DNA of 20,672 nucleotides from the NCBI GenBank assembly GCA_033764315.1, contig JANRJA010000189.1, forward strand, positions 1 through 20,672, in the 5' to 3' direction. Below are positions 8,305 through 16,639 of this stretch, piece after piece (positions within the stretch are counted from its first letter, which is position 1; the number at the start of each line of letters is the position of its first letter). The DNA comes from Oculatellaceae cyanobacterium bins.114 (GTDB lineage Bacteria > Cyanobacteriota > Cyanobacteriia > Elainellales > Elainellaceae). The translations under genes were made by a program, and so were the position numbers. Under the pieces are notes generated by a model. That model saw only the letters and a list, made by a program, of their open reading frames with translations. It was not told the DNA's origin and did not search any database.

Positions 8305-8595
8305 ATGCAGCGCGACACAGTTCTTTTAACTCTCAAGCAACATCAAACTGCGTTAAAAAATTTAGGTGTGCGATCGCTGGCATTGTTTGGTTCTGTAGCG
8401 CGAGATGAAGCAACCCCTACCAGTGATATTGATATCTTGGTTGAATTTGAACCTCCAATCACTTTCGATCGCTACATGGATGTCAAGTTTTACCTTGAGG
8501 ATCATTTAGAAAGCAAAGTCGATTTAGTTAGTTGGAAATCACTCAAACCTCAAATCCGGACATTGGTAGAACAAGAGGCGATTCATGTCGCGTAA
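8305..8595 (+). CDS. mntA: Minimal nucleotidyltransferase (MNT) antitoxin of a HEPN-MNT (type VII) toxin-antitoxin pair
   Basis: 96 aa with LFGSVARDE...SDIDILVEF (GSX10DXD) and KVDLV. It overlaps the start of a DUF86-like ORF. Confidence 0.9.
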   Translation: MQRDTVLLTLKQHQTALKNLGVRSLALFGSVARDEATPTSDIDILVEFEPPITFDRYMDVKFYLEDHLESKVDLVSWKSLKPQIRTLVEQEAIHVA

Positions 8596-8731
8596 TTTTC
8601 AGCTTTATCTAGCCGATATTCAAATGGCCTGTGAGAAGGTATTGCGCTATATCGATGGGATGAATTTTGAACAATTTGTAGAAGACGATCGCACATTTGA
8701 TGCGGTGATTATGACTGTTGTAGAAGATTGA
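8585..8731 (+). pseudogene. hepT: Truncated HEPN/DUF86 (HepT-like) toxin
   Basis: Manual translation: MSRNFQLYLADIQMACEKVLRYIDGMNFEQFVEDDRTFDAVI-MTVVED*. DUF86-like up to DAVI (8710), then unrelated; the RX4H RNase motif is absent. It overlaps mntA by 11 nt. Confidence 0.85.
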
Positions 8732-8762
8732 GATACGATGTCATTATGGGGAATATTGACAT
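8709..8762 (-). other. 17-codon ORF behind a perfect Shine-Dalgarno (small protein or truncated gene start)
   Basis: TAAGGAGGT (8778-8770), a 7-nt spacer, then ATG 8762 giving MSIFPIMTSYLNLLQQS*. Confidence 0.35.
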
Positions 8763-9030
8763 AATGAATACCTCCTTATTTAGAACCTTAAGTGGGATTA
8801 GGGTTCGCCAGTCAAAGCTCTCCTTACTTAAAGTAGTTCAGTTACTATTGGTCTTTCTGAAGAAAAATAGCTGGTTCATCATTAAAGTTACAATCTTCTG
8901 CTACAAACTCCGTTGCAACAGCATTCAATTGAGTAAGATTAGGAAGGTTTCAGCGACTTAATTTTGAATTTTCAGAAAGTCGATTTAAAGTAATTATGAT
9001 TACACTAGATGAATTACTAAATAACTTTAT

Positions 9031-9827
9031 TTAGTAACGCTTTGGTAGTGTTCTAAAATACAATAAATCATCAAAAGAAAAGTTGTCTTTGATAAACTTA
9101 GATAAAATTTGACGAGCTGATTGAAGAAGCTTAATGTGTTGATCAAGAAATTCAACAAGCTGAGTTATATGTTCTTTATCGTCATCTGAGAATTTGGCAT
9201 TAAAAGTAGGCTTCTGTGTCAGAGAAAATAGTAAATTTTTGGGCCATTCATCAGAAGTTTCATGAGTTAGTGTTCGTAGTCTCACATCTGTAGGATCTAA
9301 TTTATCCAAACCCTGCACGCTTTGGTAAAGCTCTTCAAGATTAGCACTAAGCAACTCCTTGGATGAAGCTGAATAATTAATAGAAAAAACTGACAAAGAA
9401 TCTGTGAAATTTTAAAGCTGTTTTCGCCCTCCAGAGTTGATAACTCTCGAAGGAGAGAAGCAATTGTACTTTTTCCTACTCGTATGCCCCAAAGCATTTT
9501 ATGTAGCTCCTCATCATACAATGAAATAATTTGTCGTAAGTCATTGAAGGATTTGAAGAAGATTGTAGAGGCGTTATCGATATCTTTTGAAATTCTTACA
9601 ATTGGTACACGATATAGTACTCTTTTATTTTCGGAGGCGAGTCCATTTTGAGATTGATAAATGAACTCTATTGCTGCTTGTTCAAGTTGTTCTAGTGACT
9701 CATACAAACTAAGAAAAGACTTTGCTGCTTGCTTGCGCTGATCAAGTGCTAAATCTAATTTCTTCTCAGCAATTTTTGTTATGGAAAATTCAACAAGTTT
9801 CCCAAGAAATCCAAGCCAACCAAGCAT
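9031..9827 (-). pseudogene. Frameshifted hypothetical gene in the AT-rich island (two overlapping ORFs)
   Basis: SD AGGAG precedes ATG 9827 (MLGWLGFLGK...). ORFs 9297-9869 and 9031-9396 overlap by 100 nt in different frames, and the first turns implausible after about 9410. Confidence 0.65.
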
Positions 9828-10042
9828 AAAATTACTCCTATACTCTATAACCTTGTTTACCCCAAACATAATCTAGTGATTGCGCTTAGGAGTTGCTATG
9901 AATCTTTAGCTCACTACTGATGGTTTTCCTCAGCCCTCTTTAAGACGACTGGTAGATTGTGCCTAAAATTTCCATAGCCCAATCGTTCCCATAGCCTCGT
10001 TTCTTTCGATGGTTGTACACATCTCAAAGCTCTAAATATAAC

Positions 10043-10285
10043 TCAAGCTACCTCTAATACCCACCTAAAAATGAATAGAACTGCCACTTCAAAGGACGAG
10101 TAGATAGCAATATTATTAAACGGAAAATTTCTTGCTAACGACTCCCTTTGAAACTTAGTCTGGAGATTGCCGAATTTATTATCCTCCTTGAAAATTAAAT
10201 TACGGTTTTCTTGATAATATTTGCGTCTAGGCAACCAGGTCAAAGTTTTCTGCATTGTTTCAGACTCAAACTGTAATACAGACAC
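10043..10285 (-). CDS. Short hypothetical ORF, possibly a remnant
   Basis: 80-aa ORF directly downstream of the SbcC-like gene in AT-rich DNA; no recognisable motif. Confidence 0.25.
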   Translation of the reverse strand: MSVLQFESETMQKTLTWLPRRKYYQENRNLIFKEDNKFGNLQTKFQRESLARNFPFNNIAIYSSFEVAVLFIFRWVLEVA

Positions 10286-10340
10286 ATGGAGAGCAAATCA
10301 TTGGGGAATAGTTTTGAAAGGTTATACTCTGCTTTCTAAG

Positions 10341-13100
10341 CTACTCTCGCTGTACGAGGATGACGTTCTCGGTCACTTTTTCAAAGGTGTCGTCATGGCT
10401 AATAACGAACAGTTGACGGAAGGTTCTGATATTGGCGATCGCCTCTGCTAAACTCTCTCGTCGGGGGCGATCCATATTCGTGGTGGGTTCGTCAAAGAAG
10501 GCGATATCGATATCGGCTAGAACGCGCAAGAGGGCAAGACGCACAGCCAGAGCAGCACACATTTGCTCTCCGCCAGAGAGGTTAATAAACCGTCGAGTGT
10601 GTGCTCCTTCTTGCACAATGATTTCGTAGTCACGAGTCCATTCCAGGGCAACATTGGGGCGATTCATTAGCTCGCGGAATAGCTTGTCTGCCTCGTGAGA
10701 AATGTTTTGCACATAGCGTTCGGTAATCCGAGGGCCAGCTTTTTTGTAGGCATCCCGCGCAAATTTGATGAACCGTTTATTGCGCTCAGCTTGCTTTAAG
10801 TCAATCTGGGCGCGATCGCGTTCTTGGGCGATCGCTTGCAGGTGAGTCAACTGTTGCTCTAGCTCGGTTAACAGTTTGCGTTGTTGAGGCAAGCTGCCTT
10901 GAATGCGATCGACCTGACTGCGAGTTTCAGCATACAAAGATTCCACCTGTTGCCAATGTTGCGGGTCATAGTTTTGCTGAAGCCGTTCGTACTCAACTTT
11001 TAGGGTCTGTTGATGAGCTTGTAATTGCTGCACTTGGGCGATCGCAGTTTGCAATTCGGTGATCCGCTGCGGCAGGCTTTCTGCATCCTTCTGATATTGC
11101 ACATAGGTGAGATGACTGGGTTGATACATCTGACGCTGGTGCTTGTGTTGCTCAATGTGCCCATCCAGGTCAGCAAATTGCTCAAGTTGTTGATCTAAAT
11201 CGGCAATGCTTTGTTGAATCGAGACTTGCACCTGTTGCAGTTGAGCAAATTGTGTTTGAATCTGGGCTTGTTGTTGCAATTGCTGGGTCAAGAGGTGCTG
11301 ACGACTACGGGGATCACCCAATTGGGTGAGTTGCTGAGCTACGTGCGATCGCCGTTCTTGCCACCCTGCCTCCGTTGAGAGCACTCCTTCGAGCTGTTGC
11401 AGGCGAGTTTGCAGTTGGGCTATATCTTCGTTGAGTTGTGTCTGTTGCTCTAGTCTGGTCTCTAAGCTGTCATACTCGGCGCGATGGCGGTAAGCAGTTT
11501 CGAGCTTAAGCTTGAGTTCATAGGACTGCTGCTTTAACTTGGCAACTGAGGTTTGCTCTGACAAATCTGACAGAATTGCCTCCACAGCCTGTAACAAGTC
11601 AGTATTTAGATCAACCCCTGCTTGAATTGCGGCTAATGCTGAATCAACAGAAGCCGTCGCCAATAACGGCATACTGGCTTGCATTTGCTGCAAAATGGCT
11701 AACGCTTTCTCAGCTTGAGTTTGATGGCGATCGCGCTTGTCTTGAGCAACCTGCACCAGTTGTCGTAAATCAGCTTCAAATTGCTTTGCCGCTTCGATGC
11801 GGCTCAACTGCTCTTGCAGGCGATCGCGTTGTTGTTCAAATCCTTCAATTTGTTTAACCGTGGCCGCCAACCCCTGAAGTCGTTCAATCTCCTGAGTTAG
11901 CCGAGTCACATCCGTTTTGGCTTTCGTCAGTTGTTTACCAAGTGTTTGATGCTCCAATCGGGCCGCTTGTAGTTGTTGCAGATGATCGGCGATCGCAGAT
12001 TGCTGCTGTTCTAACTCAACTTGCTGTTGCATTAGGGGTTGCAATTGAGTGATCTCAGTCTCTGCCTTTTGCAACCCCTCTAACTGCACCGTCAATCGAG
12101 TCAACTCGGTGTGCCGCTCTGTCAGTAGCTTTTGCTGTTTTTCCCGTTGTTTTAGCAAAGTTTGGCGTTGTTTCGTTTGGCGATCGCATTCTTGTAAGGC
12201 TGCCTCTGCCTGCAAAAATGTTTGATATCCCACTTGGTTGGTGTTACACACTTCAACTGCTTGTTTTGCCCGCTCAACCGCCTCTTCTAAAACGCGGTTC
12301 GTCTGTTGCTGACCTGCAATTTGAGTTGTGCCTTGCTGCAACTGCGCCTCTAGTTGCTGAATCTGTTGAGCTTGTGCTGCCAGTGCTGTTTTTTCGGCTT
12401 GCAGTTTTGCTAATGCAGTCTGTAGGGTCTGAAGTTTTGTTTCATCCTGCGTGATCTCTGTAGACAAGTCAGCACATCGCTGTCGTGTCGTTTCCCAATT
12501 TGATAAGTCTTCACTGTACTTAGCGATCGCCTGTTCTAGTTTCTCAACTTGAGCTTCACTATAGGTCTTGAGCGAACCCAACTTGGCATAAACCTGCTTG
12601 TATTCTTCAACTTTTAGAACGGCATCAAATACTTTTTTACGGTTCTCTGTTGTTTCTAAAAAAGCAGCCGTGAAAGTTCCCTGAGGGACTCCAATTGTGT
12701 TAGCAAAAAGCTTGCCTAAATCGGTTCCTGGTGCCACCCCTAAGTGTTGCCGCAACCAGGGCATGACCTCTTCATCGATATGCTTGTAATCGAGTCGTTG
12801 ATCTAACTGAGGATCATAAATGGTGTAACCCTTTGTCGTGCACCGTTGAACACTATAGGTGCGCCCATCTCGGCTTGACACAAACGCCACACTGGCTTGA
12901 GCACTATTGGCTCCATTGCGAATGATGTCTTCATTTTTGTAGGCACCTCGATGGTTAAACAACGTCCAGGCGATCGCCTCTAAAATGCTGGTTTTGCCCG
13001 CCCCGTTTTCTCCACAAATGGCATTAGTGCCGAGTTGGAAGGTAAAGTGGCGATCGCTATGAGACTTGAAGTTCTTGAGGGTGACAGAGAGAATTTCCAT
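10341..13100 (-). CDS. sbcC: Rad50/SbcC-like SMC-family ATPase
   Basis: N-terminal LKNFKSH, Walker A GENGAGKT, Q-loop VPQGTF, a long Gln/Leu-rich coiled coil, signature LSGGE, Walker B FFDEPT and the ISH switch. Confidence 0.88.
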   Translation of the reverse strand: MEILSVTLKNFKSHSDRHFTFQLGTNAICGENGAGKTSILEAIAWTLFNHRGAYKNEDIIRNGANSAQASVAFVSSRDGRTYSVQRCTTKGYTIYDPQLDQRLDYKHIDEEVMPWLRQHLGVAPGTDLGKLFANTIGVPQGTFTAAFLETTENRKKVFDAVLKVEEYKQVYAKLGSLKTYSEAQVEKLEQAIAKYSEDLSNWETTRQRCADLSTEITQDETKLQTLQTALAKLQAEKTALAAQAQQIQQLEAQLQQGTTQIAGQQQTNRVLEEAVERAKQAVEVCNTNQVGYQTFLQAEAALQECDRQTKQRQTLLKQREKQQKLLTERHTELTRLTVQLEGLQKAETEITQLQPLMQQQVELEQQQSAIADHLQQLQAARLEHQTLGKQLTKAKTDVTRLTQEIERLQGLAATVKQIEGFEQQRDRLQEQLSRIEAAKQFEADLRQLVQVAQDKRDRHQTQAEKALAILQQMQASMPLLATASVDSALAAIQAGVDLNTDLLQAVEAILSDLSEQTSVAKLKQQSYELKLKLETAYRHRAEYDSLETRLEQQTQLNEDIAQLQTRLQQLEGVLSTEAGWQERRSHVAQQLTQLGDPRSRQHLLTQQLQQQAQIQTQFAQLQQVQVSIQQSIADLDQQLEQFADLDGHIEQHKHQRQMYQPSHLTYVQYQKDAESLPQRITELQTAIAQVQQLQAHQQTLKVEYERLQQNYDPQHWQQVESLYAETRSQVDRIQGSLPQQRKLLTELEQQLTHLQAIAQERDRAQIDLKQAERNKRFIKFARDAYKKAGPRITERYVQNISHEADKLFRELMNRPNVALEWTRDYEIIVQEGAHTRRFINLSGGEQMCAALAVRLALLRVLADIDIAFFDEPTTNMDRPRRESLAEAIANIRTFRQLFVISHDDTFEKVTENVILVQRE

Positions 13101-13312
13101 GCGGCTTAGTGTAGCCTAGCTGATCTATGAATCGCCACTGAAGCAATATCAGTTGTAAAAATATCAGGTTCAAATTCGCTGATATCGAGTATCCTGCCAG
13201 GTATAAGGTGATTTTGAAAAGAGGATATCCCGATTTCAGATCTCCTTAACTTTTCCCTGGCAAAAGGGAGTTGGAGTCGTTACATTTGTACTATTAAAGC
13301 ACCAATCGCTGG

Positions 13313-13687
13313 ATGATGCCGATTGGAATTGGGTTCTTGATTATGGTGTTGGCGATCGCAGAATGGTATTCATGGCTTCCAGGAATTGACTTACCCGTGC
13401 CGATATTCATCGCAGCGGGTCTGTTGTTGGCGGTTGCCTCTAATCGGGGAAAACGGGTTAACTTGCCCTGGCGATCGCCCCACGCCCCCCCGTTGCAGTC
13501 TTCTCAGCCCAAGCCCGCTCAACCCAAGCAACCCCCATCTCAGACCTCAGTTGTTACTACTCCAGTCAAGGTGATTCCCGACCCGACCCCGGTTCAACCC
13601 CCTCGTCGTAGCCCTGAATTGCCAAAGTTTAAATTGCCAATTTCCTCTGAGAAACCCATCTCCTTCAAAATTCGTAAACCTGATTAA
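13313..13687 (+). CDS. Small membrane protein with a Pro-rich C-terminal tail (cyanobacterial hypothetical)
   Basis: Two N-terminal hydrophobic segments ending in LLLAVASN, a Pro/Gln-rich region and an ISFKI end. Confidence 0.7.
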   Translation: MMPIGIGFLIMVLAIAEWYSWLPGIDLPVPIFIAAGLLLAVASNRGKRVNLPWRSPHAPPLQSSQPKPAQPKQPPSQTSVVTTPVKVIPDPTPVQPPRRSPELPKFKLPISSEKPISFKIRKPD

Positions 13688-13702
13688 AATCCCTTTCATA
13701 TA

Positions 13703-13882
13703 GATTATTTGCAGGGATATCCAGGGGACATTTCAGGAGTATTGAGGGGATATGCAGGGACATTCCAGGGGTATTGAGGGGACGCGATTAATCGCGTCCC
13801 CCCGGAAATAATCATCCCCTCGGAAATAATCATCCCCCTAGAAATAATGTTCCTCTGCAAATAATCACCCCCGTTAATAATC
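13703..13882. repeat. REP-like perfect palindrome flanked by short tandem repeats between convergent genes
   Basis: 24-bp perfect palindrome GGGGACGCGATTAATCGCGTCCCC (13778-13801). Degenerate 10-11-nt (C/G)AGGG repeats lie to the left and 16-19-nt GAAATAATCATCCCC repeats to the right. An outer 12-bp inverted repeat sits at 13703-13714/13855-13866. Confidence 0.85.
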
Positions 13883-13883
13883 G

Positions 13884-14837
13884 CTAATTTTTATTTTTTT
13901 GGATCACCACCTGATGAGATTGCAGGAGGATGGTGATTTTAGAATCAAAGACATCAAGAAATGCATTGATGCCAATATCAGTTCTGTAATTAGGATTGCG
14001 GAGAGGGAAATCATAATCATCAAAAATCAAGATGCCATTTTCCTTCAACAATCCCCAACATAAAACCGCATCAACTAACACATCACTTGGCTCATGAGAG
14101 CCATCAATGTAGATAAAATCAAACGTGTTCAGAGGGAGCGATCGCAACACCATTTGAGATTGCCCCACTATCTTTTTAACTTTAGAAGCAGCACCAGTTT
14201 TAGCAATATTTGCATCAAATCGAGCTTCAATAGACTCAACATATCCTTCTTTAAACTCCTGATATTCAGGGCCACCCGTAAAGGTATCAACACAGGTAAT
14301 CGAACCAGAGGGATGGGTGAGCACCTGGTCGAGCAGCCAACAGGTAGCTCGTCCTTCCCAGGAGCCAATCTCTAAAAAATTGAGATCGGGTTGCCCTCCA
14401 AGAGGGTTTAAATAGTCTTGCCAAATTAAAAGATTGCGGCTAAACCAATCTTGAGTAAATTGATAAGCTTTAGCACGAGTTTCAGCTTCATAGTTTTGTC
14501 TGAGTAGCTCTAACCTAGCTTGCTCAAATGTTTCATCATGCTCTAATGCTTGTTGAAGATAATGAGTCGCCTGATCAGCATTTCCTTGTTTCGCAACGAC
14601 CATCGCCAAGTTGAAATAAACTTTGGCAATTTCAAGTCTAGATAATGGAGGAGTAACGTTGAGTACATTGGCAAAGTTTTGAATGGCTTGATCAAATTGC
14701 CCTTGTTGATAAAACGTGATGCCTAAATCGTTATAGGCACGTACTAACCGATCTCGATTTTCTAAAACCAGTTCATACTCGTTGACCGCTCGATCGAGGG
14801 CGGTGTAATCCATGTCGGTTTCAGAGTTACTGTCCAT
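13884..14837 (-). CDS. TPR-containing class I SAM-dependent methyltransferase (Methyltransf_24-like)
   Basis: N-terminal TPR helices (AYNDLGITFYQQGQFDQAIQNF; VYFNLAMV), then DWF, LEIGSWEG, CVDTF, FDFIYIDGSH and GILIFDDY. Confidence 0.88.
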   Translation of the reverse strand: MDSNSETDMDYTALDRAVNEYELVLENRDRLVRAYNDLGITFYQQGQFDQAIQNFANVLNVTPPLSRLEIAKVYFNLAMVVAKQGNADQATHYLQQALEHDETFEQARLELLRQNYEAETRAKAYQFTQDWFSRNLLIWQDYLNPLGGQPDLNFLEIGSWEGRATCWLLDQVLTHPSGSITCVDTFTGGPEYQEFKEGYVESIEARFDANIAKTGAASKVKKIVGQSQMVLRSLPLNTFDFIYIDGSHEPSDVLVDAVLCWGLLKENGILIFDDYDFPLRNPNYRTDIGINAFLDVFDSKITILLQSHQVVIQKNKN

Positions 14838-14894
14838 AGGGGTAGTGATCGCGTGAAGTTAAAGCAAAAGTATTTAGTCAACCCTAAAGATACA

Positions 14895-14975
14895 GGTAGT
14901 CCTCTAAAAGTAATGATTTTTGAGTCAGGATATGCCGCGCTCCGCGCGGCATATCCTGACTTGTTTAGGACTACC
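14895..14975. mobile_element. 81-bp IS1-type MITE with an 8-bp target-site duplication and an internal perfect hairpin
   Basis: Ends GGTAGTCCT...AGGACTACC. AAGATACA is repeated at 14887-14894 and 14976-14983. Internal 18-bp perfect arms at 14923-14940/14944-14961. Confidence 0.85.
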
Positions 14976-15019
14976 AAGATACAAAGGACGCGAAGAGACT
15001 GGTGCTGTGTATTTTGTAT

Positions 15020-15115
15020 CCCAATGATGCATCATTGGGTTCATTAATGATCAATCTTGATCAGCTTGGGCGATCGCGTCACAATAAAAGTAGCGTTACA
15101 AAAAGTAGCGTTACA
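15020..15115. promoter_or_regulatory. Palindromes and a tandem duplication in the divergent methyltransferase/ubiH-like promoter region
   Basis: 20-bp perfect palindrome CCCAATGATGCATCATTGGG (15020-15039) and (AAAAGTAGCGTTACA)x2 at 15086-15115. Confidence 0.45.
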
Positions 15116-15163
15116 GTCAAATCAGTACCTGCGTGGTTTCTCTAGAATTTGGTGGTGTGACTA

Positions 15164-16369
15164 ATGGCAGATGTGGATTACGATGTAGCGATCGCCGGGG
15201 GTGGCATTGTCGGGCTCACCCTTGCCTGTGCATTGCAACACACAGGTTTACGGATTGCGCTGATTGAGGCAAAACCTCGCGAAGTGGGGTTAAACCATCG
15301 ACGAGCCTATCACATCACTTTAATGTCGAGCCGCATTTTTGCAGGGTTGGGCGTGTGGAATGCGATTTTGCCCCACATCACCACATTTCGCCAAATTCGG
15401 CTTGCTGAAGAATTTCATCCAGCTGTAGTGAATCTGTGTCCTCAAGATTTGGGAACTCCAGCCTTGGGCTATGTTGCAGAACATCACGTTTTACTCAAAG
15501 CCCTCTACGATCGCCTTGAGCAAGCAACCCATGTGAATTGGGTGTGCCCCGCAGAAGTGATTCAAGCAGACTACACCTCTGATCGGGTCAAGCTCACAGT
15601 CGAACGCGCAGGCACTCGTCAATCGTTGACGGCTCGCTTATTGGTGGCGGCAGATGGAGCGCGATCGCCCATTCGTCAACAGGCAGGCATTGGCACCCAC
15701 GGCTGGCAATATTGGCAATCATGCATTACAGCCGTGATTCGTCCAGAAAAATCGCACGGTGACATTGCCCGCGAACACTTTTGGTCAAGCGGTCCTTTTG
15801 CGACCTTGCCCTTGCCCGATAACCGCGCTCAGATTGTGTTGACAGCCCCCCATGCTGAGGCAAAAGCCTGGATGGCCGTCGATAATGAGCAGTTTTTAGC
15901 CGAGCTAAATCGCCGCTATGACGGACAACTGGGTCATTTGGAGCTAGAGAGCGATCGCCAGTTGTTTCCTGTGCAACTGATGCAAAGCGATCGCTATATT
16001 AGCTCTCGGTTAGCTCTGGTCGGCGATGCGGCGCACTGCTGCCATCCGGTGGGTGGGCAGGGGTTAAATATGGGCATCCGCGATGTGGCGGCTCTGGCAG
16101 ATGTCATCAAAACGGCTGCCCAACATCAGGAAGATGTTGGGAACTTGCAGGTGCTCAAACGGTATGAGCGTTGGCGCAAATTTGAGAACCTTACCATTCT
16201 TGGTTTTACTGATTTTCTCGATCGCTGCTTTTCAAATCGGTGGTTTCCCTTAGTCACCGTGCGGCGACTGGGGTTGCAAATCATGCGCTCTGTCCGTCCT
16301 CTGCGATCATTAGCATTGCGGCTGATGACGGGTTCTATGGGGCGCACTCCCACACTGGCAAAACGGTAA
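15164..16369 (+). CDS. ubiH: FAD-dependent hydroxylase, UbiH/COQ6 family (probably plastoquinone pathway)
   Basis: Motifs IAGGGIVG, LLVAADGARS and LVGDAAHCCHPVGGQGLNMGIRD. Confidence 0.88.
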   Translation: MADVDYDVAIAGGGIVGLTLACALQHTGLRIALIEAKPREVGLNHRRAYHITLMSSRIFAGLGVWNAILPHITTFRQIRLAEEFHPAVVNLCPQDLGTPALGYVAEHHVLLKALYDRLEQATHVNWVCPAEVIQADYTSDRVKLTVERAGTRQSLTARLLVAADGARSPIRQQAGIGTHGWQYWQSCITAVIRPEKSHGDIAREHFWSSGPFATLPLPDNRAQIVLTAPHAEAKAWMAVDNEQFLAELNRRYDGQLGHLELESDRQLFPVQLMQSDRYISSRLALVGDAAHCCHPVGGQGLNMGIRDVAALADVIKTAAQHQEDVGNLQVLKRYERWRKFENLTILGFTDFLDRCFSNRWFPLVTVRRLGLQIMRSVRPLRSLALRLMTGSMGRTPTLAKR

Positions 16370-16482
16370 TGATGCTGGGAAGGTAGGAGAAGTAATCACC
16401 CAACGTTCACTCCATTGGATGAATGCAGTCTTGCCAGCTCTGTGAAAGGATCTATTTCGTATATGTATGTACAACTAATTTG

Positions 16483-16566
16483 CCCTCATCCCAACCCTTC
16501 TCCCGTAGGAGAAGGGCTTCCAGGGACTCCAGTTCCCTCTCTTGTGGTAGAGGGCTAGGGTGAGGG
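16483..16566. repeat. REP-like nested palindrome of the CCCTCA.CC..CCCT...AGGG..GGGTGAGGG type
   Basis: Outer arms CCCTCATCCCAACCCT / AGGGCTAGGGTGAGGG, with inner hairpins CCCTTCTCC-CGTA-GGAGAAGGG and CCCTCT...AGAGGG. Confidence 0.75.
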
Positions 16567-16639
16567 TTAGACCTAGCGGGAGTTTCAGAAAAGTTGCACA
16601 TTAGGTATTTTGTATCCCCGTTGTATACACAACTACAAA

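Noticed and set aside
8728-8961. 77-aa plus-strand ORF as a continuation of the HEPN toxin
   Set aside because: No DUF86 similarity and no RX4H motif; TTG start with no SD.
8305-13100. MNT/HEPN plus SMC-like ATPase as a Wadjet- or Lamassu-type defence system
   Set aside because: The genes are convergent and separated. No jetABD or Lamassu effector genes are present, and the ATPase is HIP1-rich like native core genes.
13801-13882. Possible CRISPR array
   Set aside because: Units are 16-19 nt, directly adjacent and degenerate, with no unique spacers and no cas genes.
14853-15047. 64-aa plus-strand and 71-aa minus-strand ORFs
   Set aside because: They run through the MITE palindrome and have no protein-like features.
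969-16369. menD/menB plus ubiH as a single quinone supercluster
   Set aside because: They are more than 12 kb apart, separated by unrelated genes; proximity is probably coincidental.
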